Below, in pieces: positions 15,792 to 23,734 of a stretch of DNA of 24,000 bases. The DNA is from Clostridiaceae bacterium (lineage in GTDB: Bacteria; Bacillota; Clostridia; Clostridiales; Caloramatoraceae): positions 15,001 to 39,000 of the forward strand of contig JBEQBT010000003.1 of NCBI GenBank assembly GCA_041639705.1. Reading direction: 5' to 3'. Numbering within the stretch: the first letter of the stretch is position 1; each line of letters starts with the position of its first letter. The translations under genes were made by a program, and so were the position numbers. The notes under the pieces were generated by a model. The model worked only from the letters and a program-made list of their open reading frames with translations. It was not told the DNA's origin and ran no database searches.

Positions 15792-16649
15792 TCACAATGT
15801 TTCTGCAATTGCCTTCAAATTTGAAAGTCCTTTTACAGCAAGTTCTTCTCCGGTATCTGCAAATTTGCGCCAAATTGCACAGTTGCCTGCAAGCTCTTCA
15901 AATGCAGGATCAAATGATTCTATTGTAAGAGGACCATCGTATCCAATATCCGCTACTGCCTGAAAAAACTCCTTAAAAGGAACAAGACCGGTTCCAGGAA
16001 TACCTCTGTCATTTTCATTCACATGTATATATCCCAAATATTCTTTTCCGCAGGTCTTTACTGCACCTGAAAAGCTTTTCTCCTCTCGAATCATATGGAA
16101 GCAGTCTAGATGAACCTTTACATTATCCAGTTCCACAGCTTTGCAAAAACGAACTGCATCCTCTCCGATATTCAAAAAATGGGTTTCAAAGCGGTTTACA
16201 CATTCGACGCAGATCATAACATTTCCATTTTCTTTTGCATATGCGGCAACCTCTTTCATATTTGCAACAGCCCAATCCCATTCCTGTTCTGTACGAGGCT
16301 TTCTGGTCAGATATCCCCATGCTGCATAATTAACCCCGCCTAAAATAGGTGCTTTCAATTCATTACAAATATCAATACACTTTTTCATTGCATCAACAGC
16401 TGCTTTTCTTATTTCTGCATCTGGAGAGATTGGATTTGTTTTCAGGGTAAGCGTTGTAGTACAAACACAGTCAATTCCTACTCTATCCAACTCTTTTTTT
16501 ACTGCTGCCACCGGAAATGTATATGGATTAGAGATTGCAAAATCAATTACCTCAAAACCTATGGACTTTGCTTTCTCAATAATCCACAAATCCCTTTCAC
16601 TGAAATTTTCTGACCAGATAAATGAATCTACACCAAATTTAAAATACAT
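15792..16649 (-). CDS. Xylose-isomerase-like TIM-barrel enzyme, ketose 3-epimerase / sugar-phosphate isomerase family
   Basis: 285 aa. The E-D-H-E metal-ligand pattern is seen in ICVECVNRFE, HLDCFHMIREE and HVNENDRGIPGTG, co-linear with D-psicose/D-tagatose 3-epimerases as I recall them. The sequence does not tell whether the substrate is free or phosphorylated. Confidence 0.8.
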   Translation of the reverse strand: MYFKFGVDSFIWSENFSERDLWIIEKAKSIGFEVIDFAISNPYTFPVAAVKKELDRVGIDCVCTTTLTLKTNPISPDAEIRKAAVDAMKKCIDICNELKAPILGGVNYAAWGYLTRKPRTEQEWDWAVANMKEVAAYAKENGNVMICVECVNRFETHFLNIGEDAVRFCKAVELDNVKVHLDCFHMIREEKSFSGAVKTCGKEYLGYIHVNENDRGIPGTGLVPFKEFFQAVADIGYDGPLTIESFDPAFEELAGNCAIWRKFADTGEELAVKGLSNLKAIAETL

Positions 16650-16664
16650 ATGAACCCCCTCCTC

Positions 16665-17312
16665 TTAAAACAAGACTAATATATCTTCCGGTACCCTCAT
16701 AATATAGTCGGTACCATTATCACTTAGCTCTTCCTCCCCTCGGAATCCCCAAAGTACTCCACCAGTAGCCATTCCGGCATTTTTTCCTGTGTGAATGTCA
16801 GCGCCTGAATCTCCAATATATATTACCTCCTCAGGTGCCAAACCCATCATGCCTGCTATCTCAAGAGCCGTTTGGGGATCAGGTTTTTTAGGAATCCCTT
16901 CCCGCTCTCCAAATACTCCCGCAAATTTGATCTGGGGGAAAAACTTATTAATAAGATGATTTGTGTAATCGGTTCTTTTATTGGAATTTACACCTATTTT
17001 AACTCCCTTTTTATAAAGGATTTCAAGCATATCTGTAATACCATCATAGGGTGCAGTTTTATTCATATAGTTTTTATCATATGTCTCCAGGAACATTTTA
17101 AGCCCTTCAGAAATCTTATCATCATCACGGCAATCCTCTGGAAAGCTGACCTCTAGAAGGTTGCGAAATCCCTTTCCGATTTTAAGCTTATAATCCTCAC
17201 AGCAGTGCTCCGAATATCCATATGTTGCTAGTACATGATTCACACTGTAGGATAAATCCTTAAGTGTATCAAGAAGTGTGCCATCCAAATCAAAAATTAC
17301 ACCTTTAAGCAT
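16665..17312 (-). CDS. HAD-superfamily phosphatase (phosphoglycolate-phosphatase-like subfamily)
   Basis: Motif I VIFDLDGTLLDT, motif II GVNSNK, motif IV GDSGADIHTGKNAG. The track starts at TTG 17339. I prefer ATG 17312 (MLKGVIFDLDGT), which gives the usual short N-terminus, but both candidate SDs are weak. Confidence 0.8.
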   Translation of the reverse strand: MLKGVIFDLDGTLLDTLKDLSYSVNHVLATYGYSEHCCEDYKLKIGKGFRNLLEVSFPEDCRDDDKISEGLKMFLETYDKNYMNKTAPYDGITDMLEILYKKGVKIGVNSNKRTDYTNHLINKFFPQIKFAGVFGEREGIPKKPDPQTALEIAGMMGLAPEEVIYIGDSGADIHTGKNAGMATGGVLWGFRGEEELSDNGTDYIMRVPEDILVLF

Positions 17313-17546
17313 TTTAGTATTGCATCCTTTCTTGTTCAAAAAGCCCTAAACGCAATACCGTATAGAGCCTTTTAGCTGATTTATAATTGCCAAGTCAATT
17401 CTTATATATGACCTGCTGATCCATATTAACCATTTATTAGCTTGTCCAATACCTTGGAGATACTGCTTCGCCTATACCAGGGAATTAATTTTTTCTCTAT
17501 TTATCCTGCTAATAGAATAAATTGTTAATCAGTCAGAAACTATCAT

Positions 17547-18461
17547 TTATAATTCTGTAATTGCAAAAACTACCTTAATTGGCTTGTTTTCAAAATTAAC
17601 CAGTTGATATTTAGTTCCGGCTGGCAGGAAAAATGAGTCTTCTGGTTCCAGCACATAACTTTCTTGCATATCAACAAGATTAACAGTTACTGGTCCATCA
17701 ATACAATATAACGCTCCATCACCTTTATGGGAATCAGGATCTGAGCAACGTGGTCCATATCCACCTGCAGGAAGAATCATCTCTCCCATATGTCCATAGT
17801 TATTGCTTGATATAAATCTCAAAAGCATTGGATGTGCTGTTCCATGTACGTTATTTAATTTTTCGAATTCACGTACTGCATACACAGCTCCTGTCTTTCT
17901 GGCTTCTTCCGGTTCCACCGGCCAAGCGCCAATATCGTCCGTACAACCCTGTCTTGAAATATCATGAATCTTGCCCTTCATGTTAGGTAATTGATCATTA
18001 TTCTGCCCTTTATAAAACTTAGTATCACTATCTTCTGGAATGACAGTTGGGGGAATTGATTCACTCCAAGCCTTTGGAGTTATAAAGTAAAGGATTCTGG
18101 CTTTTTCTGCTGAAAAATTATGGCAGCAGTGCCATGCACCTTCTGGCATGTAAAGCCCTTCTCCGGTTTCAAGATATGCAAACTGTCCATTTCCGCTTCT
18201 TTGAACTACCGGGCCATTTAAAATATAATAGGTTTCATCTCCTGGATGAATGTCAAGAGGTGCAAATACACCACCTGGCCCTAATTCATAGATTCCAAGC
18301 ATAAATGTGTCAGTTGTAACTATTGTAAATGTATTATCTGAAGTAAATGCATTATTAGGTGGATATAGTGCTGTAGAATAATCATGTTTGCGAATCAACA
18401 TTGGCCTTTTTTCATCTTTTTTAAACGGAAAATTTTCCAATATATCAAATAATTTTGCCAT
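17547..18461 (-). CDS. Two-domain cupin (bicupin) protein of unknown function
   Basis: 304 aa. Two cupin-like cores are visible: PLDIHPGDETYYILNGP...GLYMPEGAWH and SDPDSHKGDGALYCIDGP...FFLPAGTKYQ. Neither has the canonical G-x5-H-x-H-x3,4-E motif. SD GGAGG is upstream. Confidence 0.65.
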   Translation of the reverse strand: MAKLFDILENFPFKKDEKRPMLIRKHDYSTALYPPNNAFTSDNTFTIVTTDTFMLGIYELGPGGVFAPLDIHPGDETYYILNGPVVQRSGNGQFAYLETGEGLYMPEGAWHCCHNFSAEKARILYFITPKAWSESIPPTVIPEDSDTKFYKGQNNDQLPNMKGKIHDISRQGCTDDIGAWPVEPEEARKTGAVYAVREFEKLNNVHGTAHPMLLRFISSNNYGHMGEMILPAGGYGPRCSDPDSHKGDGALYCIDGPVTVNLVDMQESYVLEPEDSFFLPAGTKYQLVNFENKPIKVVFAITEL

Positions 18462-18479
18462 TATAAAACCTCCATAACT

Positions 18480-19358
18480 TTACTTTCCATTTTTAAATGT
18501 AGAAATAACATTTTTTGCATAATCCTTCATAAATACATAAGCCTCTTCCTGTAGTTCATGGTATGGAATCTTTCCATTTGTTTCTGCAATTCTATCACCA
18601 ACATACTTTGTTGTTGCTTTTGCCATATATGAATAATAATTTATTTTAGAACATCCTGCATTTATTGCTTTCTTTACCTGATCAAACTCCACACCGGATG
18701 CTCCATGCATTACCACGCGGCAGTCCTTTGGCAGTGCATCGCGGATTGCAGAAACTCTGTCAATATCAAGTACTGGAGGTTCCGCATAGATTCCATGCAT
18801 TGTGCCGAAGCATACTGCAAGCGCATCACATCCAGTTTCTTTTGCAAATATTTTTGCTTCCTTAGGATCCGTAAAGAACTTTTTGATATCTTGATTGGTA
18901 AGTACACGGCTTTCTGCATCTCCATGGCTGTCTTCCTCAGTAGATGCCATTATACCCAGTTCTGCTTCTACTGTAATATCTAATTCATGTGCTATTTTAA
19001 CAAATTCCTTTACTCTTCTTACATTCTCTTCAAATGGTAAAGCACTGCAGTCATACATAATTGAAGGAAATCCAATACGGATAGCTCTCATAACAAAAGT
19101 GTAGTTAGTAGCATGATCCAAATGAACACATACTGGAACTGATGCTTCTTTTGCATATTTCAGCATTTCTATGCCTATTCTCTCCAATGGTATTACTGTA
19201 TCATGAACTTCTGCATGATCAATTATGATTGGTGTATTCAACTCTTCAGCTGCTCCAATCACTGCACGAAGTGTCTCTACATTTGGAGTATTAATACATG
19301 GTATTGCATATTTTTCTTTTTCTGCTATTTCTAGAATTTGTCTCATATTTACTAACAT
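18480..19358 (-). CDS. Class II (metal-dependent) ketose-bisphosphate aldolase family (FbaA/GatY/KbaY-like)
   Basis: 292 aa. Zn-ligand motifs: VCVHLDHATN, FGTMHGIY, VMHGASGV. N-terminal KYAIPCINT is typical of the family. SD AGGAGAG is upstream. Confidence 0.85.
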   Translation of the reverse strand: MLVNMRQILEIAEKEKYAIPCINTPNVETLRAVIGAAEELNTPIIIDHAEVHDTVIPLERIGIEMLKYAKEASVPVCVHLDHATNYTFVMRAIRIGFPSIMYDCSALPFEENVRRVKEFVKIAHELDITVEAELGIMASTEEDSHGDAESRVLTNQDIKKFFTDPKEAKIFAKETGCDALAVCFGTMHGIYAEPPVLDIDRVSAIRDALPKDCRVVMHGASGVEFDQVKKAINAGCSKINYYSYMAKATTKYVGDRIAETNGKIPYHELQEEAYVFMKDYAKNVISTFKNGK

Positions 19359-19561
19359 CTATTCACTCTCCTATAACATAATGTTTAATGTATATTTTCC
19401 AGGAATTGCTGTATGTTAAAAGCTTCCTAAAACTTTCTAAAGAAATTATTTTTCTTCCAGCAGAAATTAACACCTCCATATCCTTTTCTTTATTTTACTG
19501 CTTTCATTCTCCTTAATTCTCATTTGTTGTTTTTTATTATTGATTTCTATTACATACTAAT

Positions 19562-19590
19562 GTTATATCATTTTAATTTGGCAATGTCAA
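19562..19590 (-). promoter_or_regulatory. Sigma-A-type promoter candidate for the aldolase-to-rpiB operon
   Basis: Minus strand: TTGACA (19590-19585), 17 nt spacer, TATAAC (19567-19562). This implies a leader of about 195 nt before the ATG at 19358. Confidence 0.5.
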
Positions 19591-19693
19591 TTGATTATCG
19601 TGTATTTTTTATGTTTTTATTGTTATTTTAATGTAAAACGCTAACAATTAACAATTCGGAGGTTATTGGATCAAAGGAGATAATTTTTAGCTT

Positions 19694-19743
19694 ACAAAAA
19701 ACAAGGATAAAAAAGTACTTGTTATACTTTATTTATCCCTTGT
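19694..19743 (-). terminator. Rho-independent terminator candidate after the Fru-type EIIC gene
   Basis: Minus strand: ACAAGGGATAAA ... TTTATCCTTGT (one bulge), followed by TTTTTTGT (plus strand 19694-19700). It lies about 57 nt after the EIIC stop. Confidence 0.6.
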
Positions 19744-19799
19744 CCAATAAAATTAATCAATTATAATATTTCACATAACATTTTCACATGTAGTAATTA

Positions 19800-20852
19800 T
19801 TAAAAACTAAGAGCATTCTCTTCTGATTCTTCAGTAGTTACATCAACATTGCGCTTTAATAGAACAAGCATTAATGCAGTAACAAGACTTGATAATGCGA
19901 ATACGCCCATCCAAACAAGAGGTTTATTAGCAAGGAATATTACGAATAATCCACCGTGAGGAGCTTGTAATGTTAATCCTGCAGCATAAGATAAAGCTGC
20001 ACCAAATGCGCTGCCTACCATCAAGGAAGGTATTACTCTACCAGGATCTGCAACAGCATAAGGAATTGCAAATTCAGTTATCATTGCAAAACCACCTATA
20101 ACACATCCTCCAAGACCTTTTCTCTCTAAGTTAGTAAACTTCTTCTTTGCGATTAACATAGCAATTGCAATACCCATCGGAGGAGCCATTGAAGCTACGA
20201 AATTTGCAGCCATTGGTCCCCAGTTATTTGCTGATGAAGCTGCTAAAGCAAAGGCATATGCTGCTTTATTAACAGGACCACCCATGTCAAATGCTAACAT
20301 TGCTCCCTGAATTAATCCAAGAATTAATAAGCTGCCACCATTTAAGCCATTAAGTAAATCGGTCATAGTAGTGTTAAGCCATGTAACTGGAATTCCTATA
20401 ATATAAGTCATGATAACCCCAACCAGGAATGTACCAAATAAAGGTATAATAAGTGTAGGCAGAAGTGATTTAATGCTTACAGGAAGCTTGATTTTCTTAA
20501 GAGCTACTACAATATATCCAGCAATAATACCACCAATCATTGCTCCTAAAAATCCAGAGCCTTGGTTACTTGCAATCATACCCGCAACAAATCCTGGAGC
20601 AATACCTGGTCTGTCAGCAAGTGAATATGAAATGTATCCGGCAAGAGCTGGTATCATAAGTCCGAAAGCTACTTTACCCCATGTGAACATACTAGCTGCA
20701 AATGATTCTGTTTTAAAAACGAAAATACCTCCAAATGCAAAACCAAGTGCGATAAGTATTCCTCCTGGGATAACAAATGGAATCATGTACGAAACGCCTG
20801 TAAGCAATGCCCTTTTGATGTCATTTCCTACTTCCTTAAAAGATTTACTCAT
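19800..20852 (-). CDS. PTS fructose-family EIIC permease
   Basis: 350 aa polytopic protein. N-terminus ALLTGVSYMIPFVIPGGILIALGF and the Gly-rich loops are typical of FruA-type IIC domains. SD AAGGAGG is upstream. Confidence 0.88.
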   Translation of the reverse strand: MSKSFKEVGNDIKRALLTGVSYMIPFVIPGGILIALGFAFGGIFVFKTESFAASMFTWGKVAFGLMIPALAGYISYSLADRPGIAPGFVAGMIASNQGSGFLGAMIGGIIAGYIVVALKKIKLPVSIKSLLPTLIIPLFGTFLVGVIMTYIIGIPVTWLNTTMTDLLNGLNGGSLLILGLIQGAMLAFDMGGPVNKAAYAFALAASSANNWGPMAANFVASMAPPMGIAIAMLIAKKKFTNLERKGLGGCVIGGFAMITEFAIPYAVADPGRVIPSLMVGSAFGAALSYAAGLTLQAPHGGLFVIFLANKPLVWMGVFALSSLVTALMLVLLKRNVDVTTEESEENALSF

Positions 20853-20953
20853 AAAATGACCTCCTTTTATAAAATTATGAATAGTAATTATATATATTTT
20901 AGTAATATATATACATCATTAATAAGAGTGGCGCTTAAGTATTCTAAAAAATA

Positions 20954-21277
20954 TTACTGGTTATTTTCAATGATTTTCATAGCTTTTTCAAAAACAGACT
21001 CTGGATCTTTAATCATTTCATGAGGTGATGACTGAAAAATTTTTTCCTTTACTTTTGAAAATCTCTCTACTGCTGTTATGTTCACATCATTTGCGAATAT
21101 TATTAAATCAGCACTTTGTATATCAGTGCTTGACAATTGATTCTCAATGCCCAAAGCTCCCTGAATTTCCACCTTTACCTGGAATCCCTTTTTCTTTGCT
21201 ATCTTCTTTATTGCTTCTGCAGACATATAGGAATGAGCAATCCCTGTCGCACATGAAGTAACTGCAACTATTTTCAT
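20954..21277 (-). CDS. PTS fructose-family EIIB
   Basis: 107 aa. MKIVAVTSCATGIAHSYMSAEAI carries the Fru-type IIB active-site Cys loop. Confidence 0.85.
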   Translation of the reverse strand: MKIVAVTSCATGIAHSYMSAEAIKKIAKKKGFQVKVEIQGALGIENQLSSTDIQSADLIIFANDVNITAVERFSKVKEKIFQSSPHEMIKDPESVFEKAMKIIENNQ

Positions 21278-21302
21278 TTTTCTCCCCCTTATCTAATAAC
21301 TT

Positions 21303-21788
21303 CTATTCACTTAACATTGATTCTGCTGTTTTAATAGCAGAAATAAGATCCTCATAATTTTGAGACTTGTATATTTTTTCAACAAATTCATCATATATAA
21401 GTAAACGGGATAAAGTAGATAAAATTCTTATGTAATCATTTGATGAAACACTTTTAGGAATAGCCAGCATAAAAATAATTTTAGCTGTTCCTACTTCCCC
21501 ATTGGATTCATAAAGAACTCCATTTGAACAACGACAAAATGCAATTGTAGGGCTTGTAACTGTCTCACTTTTCCCATGTGGTATTGCTATATAATTTCCC
21601 ATATATGTGGATCCCATATCTTCTCTCTCGTATAAAGACTTTAAAAACTCCTCTTCGGATTTAACCTTACCTGCTTTAAACAAAAGTGAAACCATATGAT
21701 GAAATAAATCATCTTTATCATTAAAACTACCATCATTTAAATCAACTATATTTGGTAATAATACTTCGGATATATGAAAGTCAAACAT
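21303..21788 (-). CDS. PTS EIIA, fructose/mannitol (Ntr-type) family
   Basis: YIAIPHGKSE is the active-site His region. The track start (GTG 21800) abuts the SD GGAGG with no spacer. The ATG at 21788 (MFDFHISEV), 11 nt after GGAGG, is more plausible. Confidence 0.8.
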   Translation of the reverse strand: MFDFHISEVLLPNIVDLNDGSFNDKDDLFHHMVSLLFKAGKVKSEEEFLKSLYEREDMGSTYMGNYIAIPHGKSETVTSPTIAFCRCSNGVLYESNGEVGTAKIIFMLAIPKSVSSNDYIRILSTLSRLLIYDEFVEKIYKSQNYEDLISAIKTAESMLSE

Positions 21789-21940
21789 TAATATGTGCAC
21801 CTCCTATTTCATGTAGTTTCCTCATGTAGTAATTTACACCATGTATTAGTAACTTGCATTTTAGAACATTTCTTACATATTAACCAGCATAACAATATCC
21901 CCTTTCTCAAAATAAAATTTTAAATGTTCCAAATGCATTT

Positions 21941-21972
21941 AATTGAATTCACCAGATCTCATTAATTCAATT
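21941..21972. promoter_or_regulatory. 32-bp dyad symmetry overlapping the PTS promoter -10/TSS: candidate repressor operator
   Basis: AATTGAATT (21941-21949) and AATTCAATT (21964-21972) are exact inverted repeats. The dyad centre falls in AGATCT (21954-21959). The right arm overlaps the predicted -10 by 3 nt. Confidence 0.35.
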
Positions 21973-21998
21973 TTATTCTATTCAGCATTAAAAGTCAA
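21970..21998 (-). promoter_or_regulatory. Sigma-A-type promoter candidate for the Fru-type PTS operon
   Basis: Minus strand: TTGACT (21998-21993), 17 nt spacer, TAAAAT (21975-21970). This implies a leader of about 170 nt. Confidence 0.5.
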
Positions 21999-22172
21999 TA
22001 TATGAGAAAAATATTTTTATCATTTTCTCTCATTTATTATCATTTTAATTTTTTATCTGACATATACTATATATAATTTAGTATGATGTTTTTGCTTAAA
22101 AGAAATAAACCAGGAACCAATCTGGCTTAATCCATTTTACATATATTGTTTAAATTAAACCTTAAACTAAAT

Positions 22173-22209
22173 AAAAATTTCTTATGTAACTAAAACATAA
22201 GAAATTTTT
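22173..22209 (-). terminator. Terminator-like hairpin after the DeoR gene
   Basis: 14-bp A/T-rich stem (22173-22186 with 22196-22209) and a 9-nt loop. On the minus strand ATTTAGTTT follows. It lies 43 nt after the stop at 22252 and has T-runs in both orientations. Confidence 0.45.
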
Positions 22210-22251
22210 GGATAAAATTCATCAATATATGATGACAAACACGAAGTTGTA

Positions 22252-23073
22252 TCATTCTATTACCGGTGCAACCATAACATTAATTCCAGCGGCACGAATT
22301 GATTCTATAACTTCTGGTGAGACACCATCATCAGTTATTATGTAATCTACTCTTTTTAATGGTGCTACTGGCATAACACAAACACGTCCTATTTTAGTAT
22401 GATCTGCAACAATTATTAATTGGGAACATGACTCAATCATTTTTTTCTTTATTGATGCAACTGCAGGAACCATTGAATTAGCTACCGTGAGACCTTGCTG
22501 CAAAGATATGCCATCAATTCCTAAAATGAGCTTGTGAGGCATAAATCTGCTAACAAAATCATTTGTTAGGTCTCCAATTAACACACAATTTTCCTTATAG
22601 ACTATTCCTCCTGCCAAGTATACAGCTGAATCTTTTATAGAAATTAAATCATTCAACATATAAAAGGAATTTGTAATAATTGTTAATCCGCTTTTATCAC
22701 CTAAATTCTTTGCTACACATTGTGTGGTGCTCCCGCCATCAATCATAATAGTATCACCATTATTTATTAAAGAAGCAGTCAGTTTACCTATTGCATACTT
22801 CTCAGCCTGATTTTTTTCAATCCTCAAGTTTATATCCAATATATTTCTGACCATTTCCTTTCCATCTTCAGCATTTAAATCATTAAGTAAAATTGCACCG
22901 CCATGGGTACGTTTGATTAATCTACGAGATTCTAATTCTGCCAAGTCCATGCGAACTGTAGACCTGCTCATACCAAACTCATCTGCTAATTCATTAACAA
23001 GTACCTTTTTCTTTTCTAAAATTTTTTTATAAATCAATTCAAGTCGTTCTTCAGGAAATATTTTTTTATCCAT
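22252..23073 (-). CDS. DeoR/GlpR-family transcriptional regulator
   Basis: 273 aa. HTH VLVNELADEFGMSRSTVRMDL plus a DeoR C-terminal sugar-phosphate sensor domain. SD AAGGAGGGAG is upstream. Confidence 0.85.
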   Translation of the reverse strand: MDKKIFPEERLELIYKKILEKKKVLVNELADEFGMSRSTVRMDLAELESRRLIKRTHGGAILLNDLNAEDGKEMVRNILDINLRIEKNQAEKYAIGKLTASLINNGDTIMIDGGSTTQCVAKNLGDKSGLTIITNSFYMLNDLISIKDSAVYLAGGIVYKENCVLIGDLTNDFVSRFMPHKLILGIDGISLQQGLTVANSMVPAVASIKKKMIESCSQLIIVADHTKIGRVCVMPVAPLKRVDYIITDDGVSPEVIESIRAAGINVMVAPVIE

Positions 23074-23488
23074 ATTCTCCCTCCTTTTATATTGTTTTTG
23101 TACACCTTTGTAATAAAAGACAACATATAATTATCTTAACTAAGTTATTATCGACTTCTGAGGTAAAGAAGTAACTAATAAAATTAAATGACTATGAATA
23201 CCACCAAAAGCCAGGTGATTAAATAGAAGAACCTCCTCTTGCTGTGCACTTTTTCTCATATGAATTTCATATTTCTTTGTAATATATCCTGCTAATATTA
23301 TATTTTACTATAAAATTTAAGCGATTTCTATTGAATTTGTATTATTTCAATAATAAAATATTATTAAAATAGCATTTAACGTTAATTAAGATTGTTAAAT
23401 GCTTGCATTCAACAATCTTTTAATTGATTTCTTTGTCTTTAAAACCATAAATTATTTATTGAGGAAGATATGGAAAAAATAGATCCTC

Positions 23489-23707
23489 CTACCTCCCCTT
23501 CTTTTTCTGCAGAACCCTCATAACATCCTCATCTATTGTTCCTCTAGCTATAATGTGATTCACAATCACATGCTCCTCTTGTCCCTGCCTATGAAGTCTT
23601 GCATTAGCCTGTTGATATAACTCTAATCTCCAGGTTAAACCAAACCATACTATCACATTTCCTCCAAATTGAAGATTAGAATTACCTTGACTATACCCTA
23701 AGTTACC
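23489..23707 (-). pseudogene. Remnant of a SNF2-family helicase (last 72 codons only)
   Basis: My minus-strand translation between a TAG (23710-23708) and the stop (23491-23489) reads GNLGYSQGNSNLQFGGNVIVWFGLTWRLELYQQANARLHRQGQEEHVIVNHIIARGTIDEDVMRVLQKKKGR. It contains SNF2 helicase motif VI (QAxxRxHRxGQ). No usable start codon is present and no upstream helicase sequence is in frame. Confidence 0.6.
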
Positions 23708-23734
23708 CTATGTGACAGCCACATCACAAGTTTT

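Noticed and set aside
19467-19523. 18-codon ORF (MRIKENESSKIKKRIWRC) in the aldolase operon leader
   Set aside because: No SD precedes the ATG, and there is no obvious attenuator structure coupled to it.
9004-21261. Many plus-strand ORFs antisense to the minus-strand genes: 9004-9303, 9808-10149, 10765-11563 group, 11589-11915, 12148-12330, 13666-13884, 15027-15963 group, 16110-16343, 16872-17156, 18665-19104, 19225-19419, 20410-20859, 21025-21261
   Set aside because: Each lies entirely opposite a gene with clear family motifs. They have repetitive or low-complexity translations and no SD sites. They are densest where local G+C is higher, as expected for mirror ORFs.
19785-21852. Recurrent CATGTAGT(AATT) / TAGTAATTAT motif after EIIC (19785-19800), between EIIB and EIIC (20882-20891, 20900-20906) and three times in the EIIA leader (21809-21852)
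   Set aside because: By my rough estimate, exact 10-12-mer repeats are expected by chance many times in a 24-kb A/T-rich window. The placement in PTS non-coding regions is suggestive, but not enough to call a regulatory element.
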